Assembly: GCA_044869895.1 (NCBI GenBank)
Contig: JBIOXZ010000201.1
Coordinates: 1 to 50,841, forward strand
Length of the DNA stretch: 50,841 nucleotides
Direction: 5' to 3'
Source of the DNA: Actinomycetota bacterium
Lineage (GTDB): Bacteria; Actinomycetota; UBA4738; HRBIN12
Position 1 is the first letter of the stretch. Every line of letters starts with the position of its first letter. Below the pieces are notes generated by a model. The model saw only the letters and a program-made list of their open reading frames with translations, did no database searches and was not told the origin of the DNA. Position numbers and translations under genes: made by a program. Below are positions 1 to 8,443 of this stretch, piece by piece.

Positions 1-372
1 CGAGCCATGCCGCTCGTGCGGGAACGGATGAAGCGGCTCACCGACGTTATCGAGCTCCTCAGGTTCCTGCTCACCGACGACGTCAAGCCGAACGAGAACG
101 CGGCCGAGCTCATCGCGAAAGCTGGATCCGACTACCTGCGAAGGGCGGCCGACGTTCTGGAGCGCGTCGAGCCGTGGACGAGCGAGCGCATCCTGCGGGC
201 GCTGGACGAGGTGGCGAAGGAGGCTGGGCTGAACCGGACGAAGGGATGGCAGCCCATCCGGGCCGCCGTCACCGGGTCGAACGTCTCACCGCCGCTTCCG
301 GAATCGCTCGAGCTGCTGGGCCGGGAAGCCACGGTGGCTCGGCTCCGAGCAGCCGCGGCTGCTGCGGGCTGA
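1..372 (+). CDS. gltX: Glutamate--tRNA ligase, C-terminal anticodon-binding domain (5' truncated by window edge)
   Basis: 'LVRERMKRL' and 'QPIRAAVTGSNVSPPLPESLELLGREATVARL' are typical of the GltX C-terminus; the frame is open from base 1. Confidence 0.85.
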   Translation, partial: RAMPLVRERMKRLTDVIELLRFLLTDDVKPNENAAELIAKAGSDYLRRAADVLERVEPWTSERILRALDEVAKEAGLNRTKGWQPIRAAVTGSNVSPPLPESLELLGREATVARLRAAAAAAG

Positions 373-377
373 TTCCC

Positions 378-1391
378 CTAGCCGAGTCGAGGTGCGACGG
401 CGGGCACCAGGGCGTTCCGGAGGCTCGTCGCAGCGTCCTCGGGGAGCACGGTGTTGATGCTCATGGCGGAGCCCAACTCGAAGCCCGCCTGCGTCGAGAG
501 CTTGGGCACGATCTTGATGTGCCAGTGGAAGACCTCGTTCGTATGGCCGTTCGTGGGGGCCGAGTACATGACCAGGTTGAAGTCGGGATCGCCGCAGGCC
601 CGCCGGATCGCGGCGAGGACGCGGATCAGGATAGCGGCCAAGTCGTCGACCTCCTCGTCGGCCAGATCGCCGAACGAGCCCTGGTGAAACGTGGGGATCA
701 CCCACGTCTCGAACGGGGAGCCGGCGGCGAAAGGCTCGAAGGCGATGAAGCCGACCTGCTCCTGGACCACTCGGACATCGGCCGCGCGCTCCGCGGCGAT
801 GAGGTCGTCGTACACGCAGCTGCCGTGCTCGTCGTAGTAGCGGGTGGCCACATCGACCCGACGGAGGAGCCGGGGGAGGAACACCGGCGTTGCCACGATC
901 TGCGAATGAGGGTGCGTGAGCGACGTGCCGGCAAGTGGCCCGAAGTTCTTGAACATCACGACCGCTTGGATGTGATGCTGGACGATGAGCTCGCGGTACC
1001 GGGTCCGCCACACGTCGACGACGCGAGCAACGTCCTGTTGGGTCATCTCGTCCATCCGGCCGTCGTGCCGGCGAGACTCGATCACGACCTCGTGACTTCC
1101 CACACCCGGCATCTCCCGGAAGAGCGGAGGGCCGCTGCGAGCCACTGAGCCGTCACCCGAAAAGGCCCCGTAGAGGTTGGGGACGACCCGAACCTGCCAG
1201 TCACCCCCCTTCGGATCTCGGAGGATCTCCGGCGGGGTCTGGTCCTCGTTCCCGGGGCAGAACGGGCAGGAGCGGTCGAGCTCGGGGAGATGCGCGCGGG
1301 GGACCACGACTGGCTGGTGTGGCCGGCCGGCTCGAATCGGCGCCATCACAGCCCACTGCCGGCTGGTCGGATCCTGCCTCAGGGTCGACAT
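378..1391 (-). CDS. galT: Galactose-1-phosphate uridylyltransferase (HIT-like)
   Basis: CPFCPGNE, HEVVIES, FKNFGPLAGTSLTHPHSQ (HxHxQ active site), FHWHI and AGFELGS. Confidence 0.9.
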   Translation of the reverse strand: MSTLRQDPTSRQWAVMAPIRAGRPHQPVVVPRAHLPELDRSCPFCPGNEDQTPPEILRDPKGGDWQVRVVPNLYGAFSGDGSVARSGPPLFREMPGVGSHEVVIESRRHDGRMDEMTQQDVARVVDVWRTRYRELIVQHHIQAVVMFKNFGPLAGTSLTHPHSQIVATPVFLPRLLRRVDVATRYYDEHGSCVYDDLIAAERAADVRVVQEQVGFIAFEPFAAGSPFETWVIPTFHQGSFGDLADEEVDDLAAILIRVLAAIRRACGDPDFNLVMYSAPTNGHTNEVFHWHIKIVPKLSTQAGFELGSAMSINTVLPEDAATSLRNALVPAVAPRLG

Positions 1392-1487
1392 CCGACCGAC
1401 AACGCTACAGGAACGTCCACATGACCAGGAACCGAGTACGTCAGTGGACCCGGTGCCCGATCGCAGGGTCTTGGCCTGGAGCCTGAA

Positions 1488-2534
1488 TCATGCGGGCGGC
1501 GCATCGGCGTCCGGCAGCGGGTCGCCATCGGCCGGCGGGTCGCCATCGGCCGGCGGGTCTGTATCCGGCGGCGGGCCAGCATCCGGCGGCGGGCCTGCGT
1601 CCGGTGGCGGACCGGCATCAGGTGGCGGGCCTGCGTCCGGCGGCGGGCCGGCATCCGGCGGCGCTCCTGAATCGGGCGGCGGGCCTGCATCCGGCGGCGG
1701 GCCTGCATCTGGCGGCGGGCCTGCATCTGGCGGCGGGCCGGCATCCGGCGGCGGCCCGGCATCCGGCGGCGACCCGGCATCCGGCGGCGACCCGGCATGG
1801 GGCGGCGGGCCAGCATGGGGTGGCGGGCCTTGATCGGCGTCCGGCTCCGGCACTTCATCGGCGTCGGGCGGCGGAACCTCGTCGGCATCTGGCCCCGGCC
1901 CTTCATCTGAACCGGGCTGCGGGCCTTGACCAGTACCGGGCTGCGGGCCTTGACCAGTACCGGGCTGCGGGTCTTGACCGCCACCGGGCTTCGGGCCTTG
2001 ATCGCCGGCGGGCTGCGGTCCTTGACCGCTCCGCGGCTCGTCCCTCGACACATCGGATCCACTCGGCCCGTCGTGCATGACCCCGCTCGGGATCCCCAAT
2101 CGAAGCCAGATTCGGTCATCCGGTCCGAGAGGCTCCCCGGTCGTGTGAGGAGCTGTAGCCTCGCCCGAGGCCTCGAGCACGGGGACCGGCGCGGGGAGTC
2201 CGATCCGGGCGAGGAAGTTCGCGGCGACATCACGAGCCCCCGGTGGGAGTTGCCCGCTGATGGCGAGGCTCGTGCTGGCTGTCAGGACCACGACGACGAG
2301 CGCCGCTCCGAGCCGTATGCTCGCGCGTCGACCTGCCGACGCGACCTCGCGCGCGGCAGTCCCTTGAATCGGCCGCCGCCTCGAGCGAATGACTGCAGCG
2401 ATCGCAGGGATCACCTCGTCTGCGCTCGCCCGCTCCTCGGGGGTCGCGGCGGCGCGGACCGCTCGAAGGAGCTCGTCGAATTCGAACCCTCCACGGTCAT
2501 TGTCGCTGGGCACCGCGTTCATCGGCGTCATCAT
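1488..2534 (-). CDS. Putative anti-sigma-like single-pass membrane protein with long Pro/Gly/Asp-rich repeat tail
   Basis: Start overlaps the upstream kinase-sigma stop (ATGA); short N-terminal region, one hydrophobic helix (LGAALVVVVLTASTSLA), 'GQLPPGARDVAANFLARIGL', then tandem repeats. Confidence 0.6.
   Translation of the reverse strand: MMTPMNAVPSDNDRGGFEFDELLRAVRAAATPEERASADEVIPAIAAVIRSRRRPIQGTAAREVASAGRRASIRLGAALVVVVLTASTSLAISGQLPPGARDVAANFLARIGLPAPVPVLEASGEATAPHTTGEPLGPDDRIWLRLGIPSGVMHDGPSGSDVSRDEPRSGQGPQPAGDQGPKPGGGQDPQPGTGQGPQPGTGQGPQPGSDEGPGPDADEVPPPDADEVPEPDADQGPPPHAGPPPHAGSPPDAGSPPDAGPPPDAGPPPDAGPPPDAGPPPDAGPPPDSGAPPDAGPPPDAGPPPDAGPPPDAGPPPDAGPPPDTDPPADGDPPADGDPLPDADAPPA
1491..1836 (-). 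repeat. 18-bp coding tandem repeat, ~19 units of consensus DAGPPP
   Basis: Repeated ggcatccggcggcgggcc variants on + strand with synonymous variation between units. Confidence 0.95.
1885..2030 (-). repeat. 24-bp coding tandem repeat, ~5-6 units of consensus GQGPQPGT
   Basis: Repeated ccgggctgcgggccttgaccagta variants. Confidence 0.9.
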
Positions 2535-5029
2535 CGCTCCATCCCTGAAGGAGCCCGGTCCAGATCCCGAACCTTGGCGGCCTCAGCGTCGTGGCGCAGG
2601 CGCCTGAGCCCCTCGGTCTCCGTCATGCGAACGACGTTGGGCGGACTGCCGGTGATCCCGGCGACATCGACCACGTCGAGGCCGCCCACGGCCCGCAGGA
2701 GAAGCACGTCGGCTTGCTCGGGAGCGAGGGTTCGGATGCGGACGAGCGCCGCGTCCACCGCGCGCCCTTCGTCGGACGCGTCGTCTGATTCCTGCCCGTT
2801 CTCCTGGGTCGAGCGAGACGACCCACCGTTTTCTCGAGCTTTGAGCTGCCGCCTCGCGACGGCGAACACCCATCGGCGGAAGGAGCCCTCGTCTCCATCG
2901 AACTCCGGCAACGCGGACGCGATGTGGTTCCAGGTCTCCGAGGCGAGCTCATCCGCCCCGTCGGGGCCGTGCGCGCGGAGGTAGCGGAGCACCCTGGGGT
3001 GAAACTCACGGAAGAGGGTCGCGACTGGCCACTCGAGTCCTGCCTGTGCCGCCGCCAGAACCGTCTCGAACCGCTCGGCTATGCCGTTTTGGCTCACGAC
3101 CAGCGGCCGGGGCAGCTCACCCTGTACCGAGACCACGTTGGTTTCGTCGCCTCTGCCATCTTGGCGCACAAAGGTCCAATTGCTCCGTGGGAGCCGGAAG
3201 GAGAATCGAGACCCGATCCCGAGCTCGCTCTCGACCTCGAGGTAGGTGCCGTGCATGTCGAGGATCTCCGACGCGAGCGCGAGTCCGAGCCCCGTTCCTC
3301 GGGTGGAGCGAGTGTTCGGATCGCCTCCGCGGAAGAACCGTTCCCCGATGTGGCACGTCTCCTCAGGCGGTATCCCGGGTCCGTCGTCGGTGACCGAGAT
3401 GACTGCATCCGGCCCATGGCCGCTCGCGGCGACGCGCACGCGGCTACCCATGGGGGTGTACTTCGCAGCGTTCGTCAGGAGGTTCTCGACCACCCGCTCG
3501 ATGAGCAACGGATCCGCGAGGGCCGTGAGCCCATCCTCGACGTGGACTTGGACCACGTGGTTGCGGAGGAGGCTGGTGAGACGATCGGCGACGCCGCTCA
3601 GGAACTCGCGGAGATCGACCTCCCGGGGCTCCATCTCGAGCCGTCCCGCCTCCAGTCGCCCGAAGTCCAGAAGCTCAGCGATGATGCTGTCGAGGGTCGC
3701 GGCGTTCGTGTTGAGCCTTGCCAGGAGATCGCGCCGGTCCGCTTCGGAGAGGTCATACCAGCTCTCCTCGAGCGTTCTCCCCATCCCGGCGATCACCGTG
3801 AGAGGCGTCCGGAGCTCGTGGGAGACATTGGAGAGGAAGTCGCTCTTCATCCGATCGAGCTCGGCGATGCGGTCCATCGAGCGACGCTGCTGCTCGAACC
3901 GGCGCGCGTTCTCGAGCGCGACGGCCGCCTGCGTCGCCAGCATCTGGAAGACCTCGAGGTCCTGAGGGGAAGGACCCGGGGGCTCCTCGATGCCCACGAC
4001 GAGGATCGCCTCCACGCGATCGGCGGCGAAGATGGGGATCACCACGGCGTGCGACACGCCGAGCCGGCGGAGCGGCCCCCCGAGGGCATCATCATCCGTG
4101 AGGCCCACGACAACGGCCCGTCCTCCGACCAACACACTCTCGATCGCCCCGAAGCGAAGCGACTCGATCCCTTCGGCGAAGTCCTCCTGGGCTTCCAGAG
4201 GAAAGGCAACATGATGGTCAACGCCCTCCTGCACGAAGATGCGGGTCGTGGGGAAGCCCAGGGCAACGACCGAGTCGACGACGGCTCGCAGAACGGCCAT
4301 CGGTTCGACAGCGCTCATCTGCCGAGCCGCTGCGGACACCACCGCCAGCAGCGCCCACCGACGCTCGGACTCCACACGCGCTTCCCTGTGGGCGGCCGTC
4401 TGACGCTTCAGCTGGCCCACCAGGAGGTTCGCGAGGATCGCCAGGACGGCCAGCACCGCCAGGAGCATCGGGTCCCATTTCGAGGCGCCGACGGCCACCG
4501 AGTAGCTGCCGACGGTGAGGCCCAGCAGGACGATCTGAGCTGAAGGCGAGAAGGCGACGGCGAAGAGCATGGTTGTGAGCGCGTACTGGAACATGAGCGG
4601 GGAGCTCGAGCCGCCCGTCGCCCAGATGCCGACCGCGATCAAGGTGAGGTTCACGACCGACCACACATACAGGGCCAGCATCCCCCAGCCCTTCCTGAAG
4701 AGACGCTCGTACGGTAGGAGCGTGGCCAGACCCGCGCTGACGGCCACGGCGACGAACACCAAGCCGAACGGGCCCATCTCCACATTGGCACGCCGCGCGA
4801 TCACGAGTGCCGCCGCTGCAACGAGGGGCGAGAGCAACGTCATCCGCATACCGATCGTCAGGGTGCGGAGTTGCAGGGGGAAGGCGCGTTCGTCGGGTGT
4901 CCATGCCCTGTCGACCCGCGCACGTTTGACGCCATGGGTGGCCTTCAACATGGCCCGAGCGCCATGCGTTATGTCCCGAACGCTGCGCGTCGATCGGCTT
5001 CGCCGCAGAAATGCAATGGATACCGCCAT
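2531..5029 (-). CDS. Membrane sensor histidine kinase (multi-TM, GAF, HisKA, HATPase) fused to a C-terminal ECF sigma-70-like domain
   Basis: H-box DFLSNVSHELRTPL, N-box ENLLTNAAKY, DDGPGI, GTGLGL; then sigma2-like (VLAAAQAG...VLRYLRA...ASETW...FRRWVFAVARR) and sigma4-like (LAPEQADVLLLRAVGGLDVVDVAGITG...GLRRLR). Start placed at ATG 5029 because TACCTT lies 7 nt upstream; the ORF extends to 5080. Confidence 0.85.
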   Translation of the reverse strand: MAVSIAFLRRSRSTRSVRDITHGARAMLKATHGVKRARVDRAWTPDERAFPLQLRTLTIGMRMTLLSPLVAAAALVIARRANVEMGPFGLVFVAVAVSAGLATLLPYERLFRKGWGMLALYVWSVVNLTLIAVGIWATGGSSSPLMFQYALTTMLFAVAFSPSAQIVLLGLTVGSYSVAVGASKWDPMLLAVLAVLAILANLLVGQLKRQTAAHREARVESERRWALLAVVSAAARQMSAVEPMAVLRAVVDSVVALGFPTTRIFVQEGVDHHVAFPLEAQEDFAEGIESLRFGAIESVLVGGRAVVVGLTDDDALGGPLRRLGVSHAVVIPIFAADRVEAILVVGIEEPPGPSPQDLEVFQMLATQAAVALENARRFEQQRRSMDRIAELDRMKSDFLSNVSHELRTPLTVIAGMGRTLEESWYDLSEADRRDLLARLNTNAATLDSIIAELLDFGRLEAGRLEMEPREVDLREFLSGVADRLTSLLRNHVVQVHVEDGLTALADPLLIERVVENLLTNAAKYTPMGSRVRVAASGHGPDAVISVTDDGPGIPPEETCHIGERFFRGGDPNTRSTRGTGLGLALASEILDMHGTYLEVESELGIGSRFSFRLPRSNWTFVRQDGRGDETNVVSVQGELPRPLVVSQNGIAERFETVLAAAQAGLEWPVATLFREFHPRVLRYLRAHGPDGADELASETWNHIASALPEFDGDEGSFRRWVFAVARRQLKARENGGSSRSTQENGQESDDASDEGRAVDAALVRIRTLAPEQADVLLLRAVGGLDVVDVAGITGSPPNVVRMTETEGLRRLRHDAEAAKVRDLDRAPSGMER

Positions 5030-5036
5030 TCGGGTT

Positions 5037-5080
5037 AAGGTAGGCCGAATCGGAGGACGCCGAATCGGCCGACCGGTCAT
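5037..5080 (-). promoter_or_regulatory. Putative promoter (-10 TACCTT, 5037-5042) with 10-bp direct repeat gccgaatcgg at 5044-5053 and 5059-5068
   Basis: Exact repeat with 15-bp period immediately upstream of the -10-like hexamer. Confidence 0.4.
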
Positions 5081-5248
5081 TTTGGCTACGGCATCGCACC
5101 AGGCTGTGTAGGTCTTCCGGCCTCCCCCGATCTGGACCAGATTCCCGCTGTCGGCGCCCTGTGCTTGTCTGGTGGACGGGGATTGGAGTGTCTGAACTGG
5201 ATGGTGAACCCGTCCTTTAGGGTTTGCTGCGAGCGTGTCGACGTGCGC

Positions 5249-6646
5249 TCAGTACCGCCACCTGTGAGCCGCCACGACCTCCTCGGGCTCCTGGCCGGCG
5301 AACGCCTCGGCCTCGGCCCTGCGAACCGCGGTGAACGGCCCGAACAGCATCGGGCCCATGGCCTCCCGCAGAACGTCTGACGTCTCCAGGTGCGAAAGCG
5401 CTTCCTCGACGGACTGGGGCAGCCGTTCGATGCCCCGGCTTGACAGCTCGTGGACGGAGAGCCCGCCGGGGTCGATGGTCACCTCTTCGGGAAGTCGCAG
5501 GTCTTTGTTCACCCCCGCCAGGCCGGCGGCGATGAGCGCTCCTGCAACCAGGTAAGGGTTCGCGCTCTGGTCGAAGCACTTCACCTCGGTGTTCGCCGCG
5601 GTCTCGCGCGTTCCCACCATCCCGGTGACGAATCGGATGGCGGCCTCCCGGTTCTCCCGTCCCCAGCACGCGAACGCCCCGGCCCAGTGCGACGGGATCA
5701 ACCGGAGGTAGCTCGGCACGCTCGGTGAGCCAACCGCGAGAAGGGCGGGAAGCTCGGCCAACACGCCTGCCACGAACGCCTCGCCCGTCTCGGTCATCCC
5801 GTACGGCCCGGTTCCCCCGTCGAACAGGTTCCTCCCGTCGCGCCAAAGGCTGAAGTGGACGTGGCCGCCGTTCCCAACGTGGCCCGCGATGACGACGGGG
5901 GAGAACGACGCTCGCATCCCGTTCCTCGCCGCCATCGCTCGGATCGTTTGACGGACCAGGACCGTCGTGTCGGCCGCGCCGACCGGATCGGCCGGCTCCA
6001 CCGAGATCTCCAATTGCCCCACGGCGTACTCGGGATGGAACTGGTCCACTCCGACGCCCTGATCCTCGAGCGCGGCGATCAGGTCGCGGGCATAGTCCGA
6101 GATCGTCGCCAGGACCGGGAGCCCGTATGCGGGACCCGTGTGGATGGGGCTGTCGATCTCCGAGCTCGCGGCGGCCTGGAACCATTCCAGCTCGAACGTC
6201 ATCCGCACCTCGATCCCGGCGTCGGCCGCCCTGCGCGCCATACGCTTGGCGAACGTCCGCTGGCACCCGGGATAGACCTCGCCCTCCTGCGTGTGCTTGT
6301 CCACAGGAGCCCAGGCCCATCCGGGTTGCGCGGCAAGCACCTTCACCGCCGAGGGGTCGGGCATGAGCCGGAGGTCGCCGACCGGGCCGCCGACCTCGTC
6401 GCTCGAGGTGATGGAGTCATTCACCAGGAAGACCTCGAACACCGGGGACATGCCGATCCCGTACTTCACCGCCCGTTCGAGGACCGACACGGGGACGGTC
6501 TTCACCCGCGTCACACCCGCGTTGTCGACCTGGCTGAGTGCGATGGCCCGGATGCCCAGGGCCGACAGCGACTCCCTCAGTTCACTGGCCCGAGCAGCGC
6601 GCCACTTCGTCTCCTCCGAAGATCCGTCCGTCCGGTCCTCAGGCAA
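5249..6646 (-). CDS. Glutamine synthetase-like gamma-glutamyl-amine ligase (GlnA3-like)
   Basis: DNAGVTRVKTVP, GIGMSPVF, GGPVGDLRLMPD, ELEW, HPEYAVGQLE, GNGGHVH, WGRENRE, ANPYL. Confidence 0.85.
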   Translation of the reverse strand: MPEDRTDGSSEETKWRAARASELRESLSALGIRAIALSQVDNAGVTRVKTVPVSVLERAVKYGIGMSPVFEVFLVNDSITSSDEVGGPVGDLRLMPDPSAVKVLAAQPGWAWAPVDKHTQEGEVYPGCQRTFAKRMARRAADAGIEVRMTFELEWFQAAASSEIDSPIHTGPAYGLPVLATISDYARDLIAALEDQGVGVDQFHPEYAVGQLEISVEPADPVGAADTTVLVRQTIRAMAARNGMRASFSPVVIAGHVGNGGHVHFSLWRDGRNLFDGGTGPYGMTETGEAFVAGVLAELPALLAVGSPSVPSYLRLIPSHWAGAFACWGRENREAAIRFVTGMVGTRETAANTEVKCFDQSANPYLVAGALIAAGLAGVNKDLRLPEEVTIDPGGLSVHELSSRGIERLPQSVEEALSHLETSDVLREAMGPMLFGPFTAVRRAEAEAFAGQEPEEVVAAHRWRY

Positions 6647-6794
6647 CCCTCTACCCCCCGTGGCTCGCTCGACCCTGGCCGAGCCGAATCATCGCACCCG
6701 TGGACCGCCGGACGCGATCGGGTCTCGCACGGGCTTGGGAGGCGAGGCTATGCTCGCCCCCGTTCGGGGGTGGAGAGGGGAGGAAGGCCCGGCG

Positions 6795-7931
6795 GTGACG
6801 GCGGTGGACGTCGAGCATCTGCGGTTGATCGATCACCACTGTCACGGGGTGGTGAAGGCCGACCTCGACGTGGACGGCTTCGAGAACCTGATCACCGAGA
6901 GCATCGATCCGCCCCCGGCCGGGACCAGCCGGTTCGACGGCCCGCTCGGCCTGGCGGTGCGGCGATGGTGCGCGCCGATGCTGGGCCTCGAGCCGTTTCC
7001 CTCGCCGGAGGAGTACGTGGCTCGTCGGGCCGAGCTGGGCGCCGACGCGGTGGCCAGCTCGTTCCTGAAAGAAGCGGGCCTCGGCATGCTCCTCCTGGAC
7101 ACGGGGTACCGCTCCGAGGAGCTCCACGATCTGAATGCCATGGGTCATCTGGCCGGGGTCCCGGTCCACGAGATCGTCCGGCTGGAGGCCGTGGCGGAGG
7201 CCGTGGCCGCATCCGGCGTGGATGCGAGTTCGTACGCGAACGCGTACCGGGAGACGCTCGAGAAGTCGTCGAGACATGCCGTTGGGCTCAAGACCATCGT
7301 GGCCTACCGGGGCGGGTTCTCCTTCGAGCCGGAGGAGCCGACCGACGCCGAGGTCATACAGGCCGCCGGGACGTTCCTGGACGAGGCGGCGTCGGGCCAT
7401 CCCCGGCTGGTGGATCCCGTGTTGCTCCGGTTCGGGATCTGGTCGGGCGCGCGGCTGGGCCGCGAGCGTGGCTTCCCCATGCAGTTTCACAGCGGTTGGG
7501 GGGACGCCGACCTCGACCTGCATCTGTCGAACCCAACGCTCCTCACCGGGTTGATCCGCCAGCTCGACCGGCTCGGGGTGAACGTGGTGTTCCTCCATTG
7601 TTACCCGTTCCACCGCGACGCGGCGTACCTCTCGTCGGTGTACGGGAACGTGCACTTCGACGTGGGCTCGGCTTTGCACTACCACGGCCCCAGCTCGGCG
7701 CGCCTGCTCGCGGAGGCCATGGAGGTCGCGCCGTTCTCGAAGGTCCTGTTCTCCTCGGATGCCTTCGGGCTGGCCGAGCAGTACCACCTGGGGGCCATGC
7801 TCTTCCGGCGTGCGCTCGGAGAGGTCCTCGACGGGTGGATCGAGGCCGACCACTGCGACGCGGTCACCGCCGGGCGCATCGCCGAGGGCATCGCCCGGGG
7901 GAACGCGCTCAGGATCTACCCGCTGCCCTAG
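6795..7931 (+). CDS. Amidohydrolase-family protein (FluG/NodGS N-terminal-like partner of GlnA3)
   Basis: IDHHCH metal motif, GLKTIVAYRGG, QFHSGWGD, LHCYPF, FSSDA; GTG at 6795 after purine-rich RBS. Confidence 0.85.
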   Translation: MTAVDVEHLRLIDHHCHGVVKADLDVDGFENLITESIDPPPAGTSRFDGPLGLAVRRWCAPMLGLEPFPSPEEYVARRAELGADAVASSFLKEAGLGMLLLDTGYRSEELHDLNAMGHLAGVPVHEIVRLEAVAEAVAASGVDASSYANAYRETLEKSSRHAVGLKTIVAYRGGFSFEPEEPTDAEVIQAAGTFLDEAASGHPRLVDPVLLRFGIWSGARLGRERGFPMQFHSGWGDADLDLHLSNPTLLTGLIRQLDRLGVNVVFLHCYPFHRDAAYLSSVYGNVHFDVGSALHYHGPSSARLLAEAMEVAPFSKVLFSSDAFGLAEQYHLGAMLFRRALGEVLDGWIEADHCDAVTAGRIAEGIARGNALRIYPLP

Positions 7932-7950
7932 CCTTCGCGGGCTGGCGGAG

Positions 7951-8430
7951 TCAGGACCCCCAGGCCTCCGCCACCGCTCGCTCGATCTGTCCAACGTGAT
8001 CGTGGGCGTGCTCGGCGAAGATCTCGAGCCACATCTCCACGGAGTAATCCCCGCCCTCCGTGTGCGCCCCGGACCGGCCCCAATCCTCCTCTGTCAGCAA
8101 GTCGAGGAGCGCGGCGGTGCTCTCCCGAGTAGCCCGCAAGGCGGCCAGCGATGGTCCGAGCGGCCTCCTGTCGTAGTGCAGACGGTGAGCGAGCTCCTTC
8201 TCGTCGTAGCCCTGGATCACGGGCCCTTTCTCGGCGAGCAGCAGGCGGAGCCGAGCGGCGGACATCATCTCGCTGTCCGCCAGGTGATGGATGACCGCCC
8301 GTGCCGACCACCCGCCCTCGGCGGGCACGTGGTCGAGTTCCTCGTCCGAGAGACCCGCCACGACCTGCTCCACGACTTCCGGCCCTTCCCCGTATCGCGT
8401 GATCAGCTCGTTGCGGCTCGCTCCGGCCAC
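7951..8430 (-). CDS. DinB/YfiT-family protein
   Basis: WSARAVIHHLADSE and HAHDH (three-His metal site); GAGGAGG RBS; 13 nt downstream of the GS-like gene. Confidence 0.8.
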   Translation of the reverse strand: MAGASRNELITRYGEGPEVVEQVVAGLSDEELDHVPAEGGWSARAVIHHLADSEMMSAARLRLLLAEKGPVIQGYDEKELAHRLHYDRRPLGPSLAALRATRESTAALLDLLTEEDWGRSGAHTEGGDYSVEMWLEIFAEHAHDHVGQIERAVAEAWGS

Positions 8431-8443
8431 GTGAACGACCTCC

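Noticed and set aside
373-400. tRNA-Gln/Glu genes that often follow gltX
   Set aside because: galT ends 5 nt after gltX; there is no room and no cloverleaf
1491-2030. Possible CRISPR array
   Set aside because: Units are contiguous multiples of 3 with no unique spacers; this is a coding repeat and no cas genes are present
5100-5248. Possible riboswitch (gcaaacc on minus strand) and palindrome atctggaccagat
   Set aside because: The remaining c-di-GMP-I features are missing and I could not build a supportable structure; an Rfam scan would settle it
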